In this document: positions 1-9,714 of the stretch, piece after piece | Layout: the number at the start of each line of letters is the position of its first letter | Position numbering within the stretch: the first letter of the stretch is position 1 | Origin: Tolypothrix carrinoi HA7290-LM1 | GTDB taxonomy: Bacteria > Cyanobacteriota > Cyanobacteriia > Cyanobacteriales > Nostocaceae | Reading direction: 5' to 3' | DNA: 41,008 nt | Assembly (NCBI GenBank): GCA_019358935.1 | Contig: JAHHIK010000074.1 | Span: forward strand, 1-41,008 | Position numbers and translations under genes: made by a program | Notes under the pieces: generated by a model | Seen by the model: only the letters and a program-made list of their open reading frames with translations | Database searches by the model: none | Told to the model about the DNA's origin: nothing

Positions 1-127
1 TGGTTTCAACGAAAATATCGCAGGCTTGTTGTTCGATGGGAACGAATTTCCGCCTGCTTTAATGCTTTACTTTCTCTAGCCACAGTTCACATTTGGATTA
101 ATAGAATTTTATTAGTGGGATAGGTTC
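1..127 (+). mobile_element. IS5-family insertion sequence, right end (transposase C-terminus 1..123 plus terminal repeat)
   Basis: Frame 1 reads [40 protein letters not shown], the typical IS5-family C-terminal 'RRLxxRWER' motif. It ends in ...GTGGGATAGGTTC, which interrupts the kinase on the minus strand. Confidence 0.8.
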
Positions 128-3016
128 TTGAAACGTTTCTGCGTCGATGGCTGGTGCAACATTTTTATAAACTATTTCTTGCCGAAGAACTAATTTTTCT
201 TGGTTGACATCAGATGTTTCAATAGCTGAAGTGAAATCAGATTGCCGCAAGCGTTTGTAATTTTCCAAAGATTGGATCAGAGCCTCAACTCGAATCGGTT
301 TGCTGATATAATCATTCATGCCGGCGCTGAGGCACTGTTCCTTATCGCCCTGCATCGCATGAGCGGTTGTAGCAATAATCCAAGGTCTCGCGCACTGCGA
401 CCATTCCTCACATATCCGCCGCGTCGCTTCTAGTCCGTCCATTTCCGGCATTTGCACATCCATGAAAACTAGATCGTAAGATTGGCGACGCAAAGCTGCC
501 AGTGCTTCAAGTCCATTATTCGCGACATCGGCACGGTAGCCCAACCGCTGTAACATTTGTAGCGCTACCTTCTGATTTAAAGCAATGTCCTCTACCAGCA
601 GAATGCGTAACGGCAACTCTTGGCTGAAACGCGAATTAAATATTGGTGCTGAGAACGGCAAAGGTAGCACACAAATTCGTTGCCTGCATAACAGACGAAT
701 TAATACATCGTACAAATGCGATTGCCGAATAGGTTTACTTAGAACGGCTATAAATTCAGCTTTTGCGCCAAGTTCTTTCTGTGTTATTTTACCAACAGAA
801 CTCAGTATTACCAACGGCATTTCTTCACACCCTGGTAGAGAATGGATGCGTTCTGCCAAACTTAAACCATCCATCTGGGACATGTGCATATCCAAAACCG
901 CAATATCAAATTGCTCTTGTGATGTAATAAATTCCAAAGCTTGCAAACCCGACTTAGCCGCTTGGACAATCATGCCCCAGTTATAAGCTTGTAAAGCAAT
1001 AATTTGGCGATTAATGGCGCTGTCATCTACCACTAGTAGCCGTTTGCCAACTAAATTTGATTGAAGACCTTGAAGGTCAACCATTTCTGAGAAAGCCGAC
1101 TCAGCTACGAGGGTGAAATAAAATGTAGATCCGATGTCAACGCAGCTTTCTACCCACATCCAACCGCCCATCATTTTGCTCAAGCGCTTGCTAATTGCTA
1201 AACCCAATCCAGTACCGCCATAGCGACGAGTCGTGGAAGCATCAACTTGACTAAAAGGCTTAAATAGTCGCTTTATCTGTTCTTTGGGAATGCCAATACC
1301 AGTATCCCTGACCGCAAATTGAATTTCATAATAGGTAGACTTATTGCAGAAGTCAGGTGAAAGGCTAAAAGGCAGCCAGTCGCTTGGGCAAGTCTCCGTA
1401 TGAGTGGGAACTGCCGTTAAAGGGTAAAGGTTTTTCTTATTCCTTTCCCCCTCTTCAATTAGTTTTCCTGTCACAGAAACAACGATTTCGCCAACTTCTG
1501 TAAATTTAATTGCATTACTGAGTAAATTCACTAAAATTTGCCGCAATCGCGTATTATCTCCGACAATAGCGATGGGAGTTTGCGGATCGATCAGGTACGC
1601 TAAATCTAAGCTTTTAGCAGCTGCTTGAGGAGCTAATAAATCTAAAGCTTCTTCTATGCAACTCCGCAGGTTAAAAGGATGTTTTTCTAAGTCCAACTTG
1701 CCAGACTCAATTTTGGAAAAGTCTAAAATATCGTTGATCACGGCAAGCAAAACATCGCTGCTGCTGCGAATAGTTTCTACAAAGTCTTGTTGTTGGGGAG
1801 TAAGTTCCATATCCAGCAACAGCCCAGTCATGCCAATTACCGCATTCATTGGGGTACGAATTTCGTGACTCATCATCGCTAAAAATTCGCTTTTGGCTCG
1901 GTTAGCAGCTTCAGCTTCTCGTGTTGCTTGTTCTAAGGCGAGATTTTTGACGGTGAGTTCTTGACGTTGTTTGGTTTCTTGTTCTAAGAGATTCGCTTGA
2001 GCAAGAGCGATTCCGACTTGGGCAGCAACAGATTCCAGTAGCTCAATTTCATCGCTTGTCCAAGAGCGAAAGCGATCGCACTGATGCAATGCAATCAACC
2101 CATTTGGTTCCCCTTGGTAGGATGTCCGAATTGCTAAGGTCGATTTCAAATTAATTTGGCGACAGATGGATTCTACAGGTTTTAACAGAGGTTCACTATA
2201 AACATCTGGGGAAACAAGCGCCAAGTCTTGAGCTAACAACTTCTCCAGATAAGGATTGTCGATAACAGGAAGTTCCAAACCAAGCAGTGATATATAGCCT
2301 GGTTCTAAATACTCAGCCATAACCTTAATATGAGGAATCGGCGTAGAAATATATTCATGAATAGCACAGCGATTAACACCAAACGTTTGACCAATTTGGA
2401 TTGCAGTGGTCTGAAAAATTTCTTTGGCACTTAGGCTTTGGCGAATTTCTTGGGTAATTTGTTTGAGTAGTAAAGTACGTTGAAATTGTTGTTGGAGGGC
2501 TGTTTGTGTTTGATGGCGCTCAATTTCGCTGCCAAGCCATTGCGCCATCAACTTTAAAAGTTCTTTGTCTGACGATTTGAATGGTTTATATCGTCGGGAG
2601 CGTGACCAGAAGCAGAGGGTGCAATAAAGTTTACCTGCCACTAATACTCGTGTGCCGATGTAGGACTCTATTCTCAACTTCAAGTATGCTGGGTGGTTTT
2701 GCCAACATGAAATATTGTGACGATCTACAGTTAAGGGTTCGTCAGTGTTTAAAATTTGCGAGCAAAAAGTTTGTTTGAGGTCAAAAGTATCTCCGCAAGC
2801 TAGAGAATTGTTTGGCGATCGCGCCATGATTATTTCATAGCTCGTGCTTTCAATTCGCGCCAAAATCCCAAAATCCAAATCAAATGTTCGACATCCCATT
2901 GCTAACAGTCTTTGGATGCGTTGCTCAAAATTTCGGCTGCGATCTGCTGCTACTTCATAAAGCGATCGTACCGATGCTTCATTTTCTCGCAGTTCCGCTT
3001 CGACTCGTTTCCGCTT
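98..3016 (-). pseudogene. Hybrid sensor histidine kinase (GAF-GAF-HisKA-HATPase-REC-REC), 3'-truncated by IS5 and disconnected from its N-terminus
   Basis: H-box [16 protein letters not shown] boxes ([25 protein letters not shown]) and two receiver domains are present. The frame is open from 3016 ([13 protein letters not shown]...). The last residues EPIPLIKFY come from IS sequence. Confidence 0.85.
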
Positions 3017-3602
3017 TTAACGATTTAACTTTAAAAATACCAACAATAAAGCCATCATTGTTTTGCTCAGTACGCAAAGAAAAGTAAATATAAAATCCCT
3101 TACCTCCTTGAACTAAATTTATTGACTGAGTAATAATTATCTTTTGACTTGTAAGGGCATCTAAAATAGCTTTTCGTTGCGAATCAGCTCTCAAATTCAA
3201 ATTTTTTTCGGCTGACTTACCTGCTACAGGTACAACCCAGCGGACATGGTATGAAGAATCTCCCCACTCTATCGCTTGGAAACCACTGTAATGTCTGATG
3301 AAATACTTTGCATCGGCTTCCCACTCTTGCCTAGTATTACCAGTACGAATTGAAGAGCGATTTGCCATCCGCTCTAGTACTTGAACACGAGTTTTTAACT
3401 GTGCTGTAATTTCCGTTTTGACAGCAGATGATTGCTGTTCAATGAGTTGCTCAATTTGCTCTTTCTCTTTAGCAATCAATCCCTGCCAAAGTAAAATAGT
3501 TATAAGTGAAGTACCAATTGCAATTATAATTGGTAACTTTCCTGGCATCGGTTGTTTAATACAAAGTTTTAACCAGGAATAATATCTATTTTGTTGAGTC
3601 AC
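2979..3602 (-). pseudogene. N-terminal TM + CHASE-like sensor fragment of the same kinase
   Basis: A TM helix is followed by a CHASE-like periplasmic region (EWEADA, GFQAIEW, SINLVQGGKGF, GFIVGIF). It runs out of frame into the kinase coiled coil at ~3017. Confidence 0.7.
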
Positions 3603-3826
3603 TTGTTCATCTTTATCTGTAAAAATAACTGGGCACGTTCAAACCTAATTATGTCCGCCGCGAACATCCACGGCAGACGAATTATATTAAGGCCTACTTA
3701 TCTATATAAAGTCTCATATTATTCAACTAATTAGATATCGTATAATTGCGGAAAGTTCATAAATAATTAATAATAAATACTGATTTATCTTTACAAAAAT
3801 TTAAATATCACCAATAGTATAGACTT

Positions 3827-3949
3827 TGCTTTTGATAGATAATTTAGATTCGTAGTATACGTAGGGTGCGTTAGCGAAGCATAACACACCCTACGTGTAT
3901 TTCAAAAATCAAATATTAGTGCTTTTGATAGATAATTTAGATTCGTAGT
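3827..3949. repeat. 30-bp direct repeat flanking a GTAG-type palindromic (REP/MITE-like) unit
   Basis: TGCTTTTGATAGATAATTTAGATTCGTAGT occurs at 3827-3856 and 3920-3949. Between them is the palindrome CGTAGGGTG...CACCCTACG. Confidence 0.8.
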
Positions 3950-4049
3950 GAGCGCTTTAGCGCTCAAAATGCCAATCTTCTCCTCGTTCCCTGCTCGAAG
4001 AGCAAAAAACGAGGTGTGAACGTCTCTACATAAACGTAAGAGATGCACT

Positions 4050-4673
4050 TTAATCAGCAAGCTGCTGATACCTTTGCTGAATATCCTCAATCGTAAACAC
4101 CGCTTCAAACTTCAACCCCACCGACTGATAAAACTCAGCACCACCCTGTAAGCGATCTATCAGTGAAATTACTTGATTAACGGTATAACCTGCATCTCTA
4201 AGTCGTTCCACTGCTTTCATCGCCGATCGCCCTGTAGTCACCACATCTTCCAACACCACTACTGTTGCATTCTCTGGCAAAGTGGGACCTTCAATATATG
4301 CTTTTGTGCCGTGTCCTTTAGCTTCTTTGCGAATAATTAAAGCGGGTATTGGTCGATTTTCATACGCAGAAACCACGCTAACTGCTGTGACAATTGGATC
4401 TGCACCCAATGTCAAACCAGCTACAGCTTGCGTATTTTCTGGTAGTCGGGATAGAAGAATGCGACCAATAGCCAAAGCACCTTGAGGATTAAGTGTTACC
4501 TGCTTCCCATTGATGTAATAAGAACTCGCTTGCCCAGAAGAAAGTATAAAATCACCTTCTTGATAGGCAAGTCGGCAAAATAAATTCAGCAACTTTTGGT
4601 GCAGAATATTCAAATCGGCAGTAGATGCCCACAAGTCAGACTGGGTAAAGGTTTCAGCTTGATAATTCATCAC
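4050..4673 (-). CDS. pyrE: Orotate phosphoribosyltransferase
   Basis: LSSGQASSYYIN, IIRKEAKGHG and PRPP-binding VVVLEDVVTTG motifs. Confidence 0.95.
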   Translation of the reverse strand: MMNYQAETFTQSDLWASTADLNILHQKLLNLFCRLAYQEGDFILSSGQASSYYINGKQVTLNPQGALAIGRILLSRLPENTQAVAGLTLGADPIVTAVSVVSAYENRPIPALIIRKEAKGHGTKAYIEGPTLPENATVVVLEDVVTTGRSAMKAVERLRDAGYTVNQVISLIDRLQGGAEFYQSVGLKFEAVFTIEDIQQRYQQLAD

Positions 4674-4772
4674 AATACATTAAAAGTTGTGCTACACCAA
4701 AGGTTGAACTCATCAAAGTTCTGAAATTAAGCATAAGTTAAGATTCGCCCATCATATTGAGGAGTAATAAAT

Positions 4773-5204
4773 ATGGGTATAAAATTTCAAGCTCTTGGCG
4801 GTTTATTAGTGCTGCTAGCTGCGAGTATTAGCATCCCAGCTTTTGCCGATGACAAGGGGACAACTAATTATGAAACACCGAATGAAGTATTTGATCGAGC
4901 TTTCTTTAAAAACGATCGCAATTTCTACGGCAACAACACTTTTAGACGGCAAATAGACTGGCTGGTAGGACCTGGTTCGTTGTTCCGCAATTCCTTCCCG
5001 GAAAGTGAAATAGCGCGTGATGCTGAATTGGTTAACGTTGTCTATCGCGACGTTCTCAATCAGCAAGTTGGCAACGATCCATATATTCGCACGCCAGATT
5101 TACCCAATCCTTATAATACATCGTTAATGATGTCTCCTCGCTTAAACTCCAACAAGCTCAAAACCGGCACTGAATTTAGGTTTGATACTGTACCACCTCG
5201 CTAA
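4773..5204 (+). CDS. Hypothetical secreted protein
   Basis: RBS GAGGAG, signal peptide ending AFA, followed by a hairpin. Confidence 0.8.
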   Translation: MGIKFQALGGLLVLLAASISIPAFADDKGTTNYETPNEVFDRAFFKNDRNFYGNNTFRRQIDWLVGPGSLFRNSFPESEIARDAELVNVVYRDVLNQQVGNDPYIRTPDLPNPYNTSLMMSPRLNSNKLKTGTEFRFDTVPPR

Positions 5205-5221
5205 AATACCGCTACGCTAAA

Positions 5222-5250
5222 TCAATAGTCATGAAAATCATGACTATTGA
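5222..5250. terminator. Hairpin, probable terminator
   Basis: Perfect inverted repeat TCAATAGTCATGA-AAA-TCATGACTATTGA just after the stop codon. Confidence 0.6.
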
Positions 5251-5267
5251 CCAAAGTCCAAAATTAT

Positions 5268-5424
5268 TGGCGTTGTATATTTTCGGGATAATTTTGTGAT
5301 ATGTGTCAAAATTTGAACGTATTGTAGAGACGTTCCACCGGAACGTCTCTACGATTCATGCGGAACGTCTCTACGATTCATGCGGAACGTCTCTACAATT
5401 CATCCCACGGTTATGCAATGCCAA
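5268..5424. mobile_element. MITE/REPIN-like element with GTAGAGACGTTC palindrome and internal 22-bp triplication
   Basis: Ends are TTGGCGTTGTATA...TATGCAATGCCAA. CGGAACGTCTCTACGATTCATG occurs about 3 times (5339-5403). A homologous copy lies inverted at ~20215-20343. Confidence 0.7.
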
Positions 5425-5440
5425 ATTTATCATGATTCAA

Positions 5441-5513
5441 TGCGCCCTACTGGAATCGAACCAGTCTGAAAGCGAATTATGAGCTCGCTGCCTCCCCAAT
5501 CGGCCAAAGGCGC
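5441..5513 (-). tRNA. tRNA with CAT anticodon, probably tRNA-Ile2 (lysidine type)
   Basis: Cloverleaf with GCGCCTT/AGGGCGC acceptor stem, GCGAG-CTCATAA-TTCGC anticodon arm and GGTTCGATTCC T-arm. The C4-G69/C5-G68 pairs and the D-arm resemble cyanobacterial Ile2. CCA is not encoded. Confidence 0.9.
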
Positions 5514-5770
5514 TTATTTAAGTTTGAGATTGCTATGAGTTCTTAGCCCTATTACTAATTTTAGCGTTAGGTAGCAACCTCACGACTCGATTTTAGCATG
5601 AGTTCACAGAGGAGTGAACCCTCTACAATAGTTTAGCAGATTTTATACTACATAATTTGACACTGAAATAGGGCAGACTAATATTGATTAAGTCTTTTAA
5701 AGATTGAGGTACACAGCTTCAATCATTTCACATAAATAGACTATCATTCTTTGGCAATAGCTTCTTGGCA

Positions 5771-6466
5771 ATGAAATTAAATTCCACTGTACTTCTGACG
5801 TTGATTTTATTAACCCTAATGTTGGGAGCAGGTTCTGTAAGCGCGTTTTGGGGCTTTACTTTGGGGAGTTCCGCACTTAAGGGTGTAACAACCCCAGATG
5901 GTCGTCCTACAACAAAATTCGCCAGCAGTAAGGCAAACAGCGCCCAACATCAAGCGGTAACGTTATTAAGAGAGGAAGAAATCCTCAAAATTGTTAAGTC
6001 CCGGATTGAGGGTAAGAGCAAGGCTGCTAAAGCTAAAAAGTCTGATGACGAGGACGAAGAAAATACCAGCAAGCCAAAACCTCAGGAAACACCGACTGAA
6101 GTCGAAGAAAAACCCCAAGCCGGATTTCCCATCGCTGCTGAAAGCGAGAAAGTAACAATTTCTGTACAATCTGCTCGCTACTCTGGCGGTGATTTGCTAC
6201 TTCGCGTGAAAATGCAGAATAAAGGAGCCGATTCCGTGCGCTTTTTATACAGTTTTTTGGATGTCACTGATGACAAAGGACGAACTTTAAGCGCCAGTAC
6301 CGAAGGCTTGCCAGCAGAATTGCCTGCAAATGGACCGACATTTTCTGGTACAGTGAGTATTCCTACGCCTTTGCTTGATGATGTAAAGCGCATCTCACTT
6401 GCCTTGACTGATTATCCCGATCAAAAATTGAAACTGGAAGTGCCAAATATTCCTGTGGAAAGGTAG
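5771..6466 (+). CDS. Hypothetical membrane-anchored protein
   Basis: N-terminal hydrophobic helix, acidic linker and beta-rich C-terminal domain. Confidence 0.8.
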   Translation: MKLNSTVLLTLILLTLMLGAGSVSAFWGFTLGSSALKGVTTPDGRPTTKFASSKANSAQHQAVTLLREEEILKIVKSRIEGKSKAAKAKKSDDEDEENTSKPKPQETPTEVEEKPQAGFPIAAESEKVTISVQSARYSGGDLLLRVKMQNKGADSVRFLYSFLDVTDDKGRTLSASTEGLPAELPANGPTFSGTVSIPTPLLDDVKRISLALTDYPDQKLKLEVPNIPVER

Positions 6467-6723
6467 GGCATTGGGGATTGGGTAATGGGTAATGGGTAAT
6501 GGGTAATGGGTAATGGGTAATGGGCATTGGGCATTGGGCAATGGGCATTGGGCATTGGGCAATGGGCATTGGGCATTGGGCATTGCGAATTGAGAATCGG
6601 ATAAATTCTTCCTTGTCTTTTTGTCTCCTTGCCCCATGCCCCATGACGGCAGATGCTCCACTTGGGGAGACCCCAAGACCGCACTGCCTCCCCCATGCCC
6701 GATGCCCGATGCCCAATGCCCAT
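6466..6723. repeat. STRR heptamer hairpin array (TGGGTAA/TGGGCAT ... ATGCCCC) with embedded 47-nt small dispersed repeat
   Basis: Tandem heptamers with a G-rich arm followed by a complementary C-rich arm. The 47-nt element is at 6645-6691. Confidence 0.9.
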
Positions 6724-6812
6724 TTTGGTCGTAAACAATCAACAACTAACCACTAACAATCGCTAATCTCAAGATTATCTTTCTAAATAGGAGCGTCAGT
6801 TGTACACGGGCT

Positions 6813-8177
6813 TTGGCGGTGATTGGTTTTCCTAGTTTAAGTTTGACAGATGTGGGGCTGCGATTGTTGTCAGTGCTGCTGCTGATAGCCATCAATGCTT
6901 TTTTTGTAACAGCCGAGTTTTCGATTGTGACAGTGAGACGATCGCGCATTCAGCAACTAGTCGAAGCTGGTGACATTCAAGCGATCGCTGTGGAAATGTT
7001 GCAACGTAGTATAGATAGATTGCTATCTACTACTCAGTTAGGCATTACTTTGTCTAGCTTGGCGTTGGGTTGGATTGGCGAAAGTACAATTGTCGGGTTG
7101 GTAGGTTCATGGCTGGAATCATTGCCTTTACCTATGGGGACGAGTGTTTTTATCGCTCATTCCCTATCAATCCCGATCGCCTTTTTCTTAATCGCTTATC
7201 TACAAATTACTTTAGGGGAACTATGTCCCAAATCGATAGCCATGCTGTACTCAGAACAGCTAGCGCGGTTTTTGGGACCTTCAGTAAAAGCGATCGTTAG
7301 ATTTTTCAGCCCCTTTATCTGGATTCTCAACCAATCAACTCGCGCCATCGTGCGATTGTTTGGCATTCAGTATACAGGACAAAGCTGGCTACCACCTGTT
7401 ACCTCAAAAGAACTGCAACTTATTATCTCTACAGAACAAGAATCTACTGGTTTGCAGCTTTCAGAGCGAGAATTGCTGAATAATGTGTTTGAATTTGGTG
7501 ATGTAACAGCACAATTGGTGATGGTTCCCCGCACCAGCATTATAGCTTTGCCCAAAGATGCCACCTTCAACAGATTGCTGACTGAAATGGTAGCGACTGG
7601 TCACTCTCGCTATCCTGTCATCGGCGAATCTTTAGACGATATTCGCGGCATTATCTATTTTAAAGATTTGGCACAACCTTTAGCTACTAACAAGCTGACA
7701 TTACAGACACATATCCAGCCTTGGATGCGTCCTGCGCGGTTTGTCCCAGAACATATGCCATTAAGTGAATTATTGCCCCGGATGCAACAAGAGAAACCAG
7801 CAATGGCGATCGTCGTGAATGAATTTGGCGGTACTGTGGGACTAGTAACCATTCAAGATGTCATTGCCGAAATTATCGGCGACGCAGACGAAGCCGAAAG
7901 TAGCGACGACTTGTTAATCAAGATGTTAGATGAACAGACATATTTGGTGCAAGCGCAAATCAACTTAGAAGACTTTAACGAAGTCTTGCACTTCAATTTG
8001 CCTTTAACTAAAAAATATCAGACATTAGGTGGCTTTGTACTCTACCAATTGCAGAAAATTCCCTCTATGGGGGAAACCTTCAATTATAACAATCTAGAGT
8101 TTACCGTCATGTCCGTCACCGGACCACGCCTGCACCAAATCCAAGTGCGACGCCTTGAGGAGGAGAGGGGGGGATGA
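6813..8177 (+). CDS. HlyC/CorC (CNNM-CBS-CorC) family transporter
   Basis: NAFFVTAEFS, TQLGITLSSLALG, GELCPK, CBS pair (MVPRT, GHSRYPV, NEFGGTVG) and C-terminal TLGGF. Confidence 0.92.
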   Translation: MAVIGFPSLSLTDVGLRLLSVLLLIAINAFFVTAEFSIVTVRRSRIQQLVEAGDIQAIAVEMLQRSIDRLLSTTQLGITLSSLALGWIGESTIVGLVGSWLESLPLPMGTSVFIAHSLSIPIAFFLIAYLQITLGELCPKSIAMLYSEQLARFLGPSVKAIVRFFSPFIWILNQSTRAIVRLFGIQYTGQSWLPPVTSKELQLIISTEQESTGLQLSERELLNNVFEFGDVTAQLVMVPRTSIIALPKDATFNRLLTEMVATGHSRYPVIGESLDDIRGIIYFKDLAQPLATNKLTLQTHIQPWMRPARFVPEHMPLSELLPRMQQEKPAMAIVVNEFGGTVGLVTIQDVIAEIIGDADEAESSDDLLIKMLDEQTYLVQAQINLEDFNEVLHFNLPLTKKYQTLGGFVLYQLQKIPSMGETFNYNNLEFTVMSVTGPRLHQIQVRRLEEERGG

Positions 8178-8397
8178 GGGAGAGGGGGGCAGGGGGGGCA
8201 GGGGGGGCAGGGGGAGCAGGGGGAGTTAAAATTACCAATGCCCCATGCCCCATGCCCCATGCCCCATGACGGCAGATGCCTCAACGGAGGGAACCTCCGC
8301 ACGGCACTGCCTCCCCAATGCCCAATGCCCCATGACGGCAGATGCCTCAACGGAGGGAACCTCCGCACGGCACTGCCTCCCCAATGCCCAATTCCCT
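8162..8397. repeat. G-rich/C-rich tandem repeat hairpin with two identical 47-nt elements (8268-8314, 8334-8380)
   Basis: GGGGCAGGG units followed by ATGCCCC heptamers. GACGGCAGATGCCTCAACGGAGGGAACCTCCGCACGGCACTGCCTCC is duplicated. Confidence 0.9.
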
Positions 8398-8399
8398 AC

Positions 8400-9074
8400 T
8401 CAACATACAAAGACTGGATCGACGATTCCCAATTCGGCAAAAGCCGCGAGACGCAAGCGGCAAGAATCGCACACTCCGCAAGCTTTATCACCACCGGCGT
8501 AGCAAGACCAAGTTAATTCCCACGGTACGCCCAATTTCTTGCCAAGTTGGATAATTTCGGTTTTTTTCAGGTTAATTAGGGGCGATTCAATCGTAATTGC
8601 TTGCCCAAGACGCCCTTGTTTTGTTCCTAAACGAAAGACTTGTTGCATCGCTTGGATGTAATCGGGGCGACAATCAGGATATCCAGAATAATCTAAAGCA
8701 TTAACGCCAATGTAAACGCGATCGCCACCGATAATTTCCGCGTAGGCGAGGGCAAAGCTTAAAAATATTGTATTGCGAGCCGGAACATAAGTGACAGGAA
8801 TATCTTCTGACATTTGAGCGAATGTACGCTCTTGGGGTAAATCAATCGCGTCGTCTGTAAGTGCCGAACCGCCCCATTGCCGTAAGTCAAATTTTACCAC
8901 TTGATGTTCTACCACTCCAGCTTGTTGAGCGACTAACAGCGCTGACTGTAACTCTCGTCGGTGTCGCTGCTGGTAATCAAAGGATATGGCGTGACACTCA
9001 CAACCATCAGCTTTGGCTTGATAGAGAATTGTGGAAGAATCTAATCCTCCAGACAACAGAATTACAGCTTTCAT
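8400..9074 (-). CDS. queC: 7-cyano-7-deazaguanine synthase
   Basis: SGGLDS, TYVPARN, YPDCRP, TWSCY and CGVCDSC motifs. Confidence 0.96.
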   Translation of the reverse strand: MKAVILLSGGLDSSTILYQAKADGCECHAISFDYQQRHRRELQSALLVAQQAGVVEHQVVKFDLRQWGGSALTDDAIDLPQERTFAQMSEDIPVTYVPARNTIFLSFALAYAEIIGGDRVYIGVNALDYSGYPDCRPDYIQAMQQVFRLGTKQGRLGQAITIESPLINLKKTEIIQLGKKLGVPWELTWSCYAGGDKACGVCDSCRLRLAAFAELGIVDPVFVC

Positions 9075-9714
9075 CTGAGTTTTAGTTTTTGATTTGATTT
9101 GTCAACATGCCACAAACAGAGGTTGCAAAGTGTCTTTAGCGTGCTCTATACGAAACAAGAGAGTGGCAAGTCGCCTTAAATAAGGGAATTGCATCAATCG
9201 AAGCCAAAACGTGGCACGATGACTTAAACAAGCCGCTCTGGGTTTCTGCCGGATTTTGGAGATTATTCAATGAAAATAATTTAAGTGTATAAGCGATCGC
9301 AATTTCAAATGAAACTCTTCTTGTTGAAAATCCTCTAAGTAGTATATTTTTTAGGTTTTGTAATTTTACTGACAATAAAGTGAAGAATTTTAACTTGTCT
9401 TCAATCAATATTGATCCCGGTAAGTAATTGCCTAAATGCAGAGCGAGAAAGTAACCCTTATTTCTTACTTAATTTTTCAAGTTAATAAAAAGACATATTA
9501 GGTTTTGTGTAAAGCGCAAAAAAACTAATCGCTCAAAACTAAATATACAAAACAAACTTAGATTGCGGGAACTCACAACAAACTTTGAAATTCTTCATAA
9601 ATAGAACCTCTATGTTACCATCTGGATGGTTTTAGACGGCTCATGACTAGCAATCAAGTATAAACGCCAACGCTCGAAGCGTCTTTAGATTTGGTGGTTG
9701 AGGAGAAAATAGTA

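Noticed and set aside
3010..3025. Programmed frameshift joining the CHASE and kinase ORFs
   Set aside because: There is no clear slippery site, and the fusion would lack the second TM helix; a deletion is more parsimonious.
5339..5403. 22-bp repeats as a CRISPR array
   Set aside because: The repeats are head-to-tail with no unique spacers, there are no cas genes, and they are part of a REP/MITE.
5441..5513. tRNA as an attachment site of a genomic island
   Set aside because: No integrase or duplicated tRNA 3' end is seen, and the flanks are housekeeping genes.
6363..6756. Overlapping ORFs with MPNAQCP/THYPLP repeats (also 8084-8554, 25591-25949, 29591-29966, 36427-36651)
   Set aside because: These are translations of stop-poor tandem repeats and not genes.
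8268..8380. Two identical 47-nt repeats as a mini-CRISPR
   Set aside because: The intervening 19 nt is heptamer STRR, and the element is a dispersed repeat.
9136..9408. 90-aa minus-strand ORF (also 3902-4108, 18141-18329, 31861-32067)
   Set aside because: These are AT-rich or repeat-derived intergenic ORFs without RBS or motifs; 31861-32067 overlaps the promoter and hairpin.
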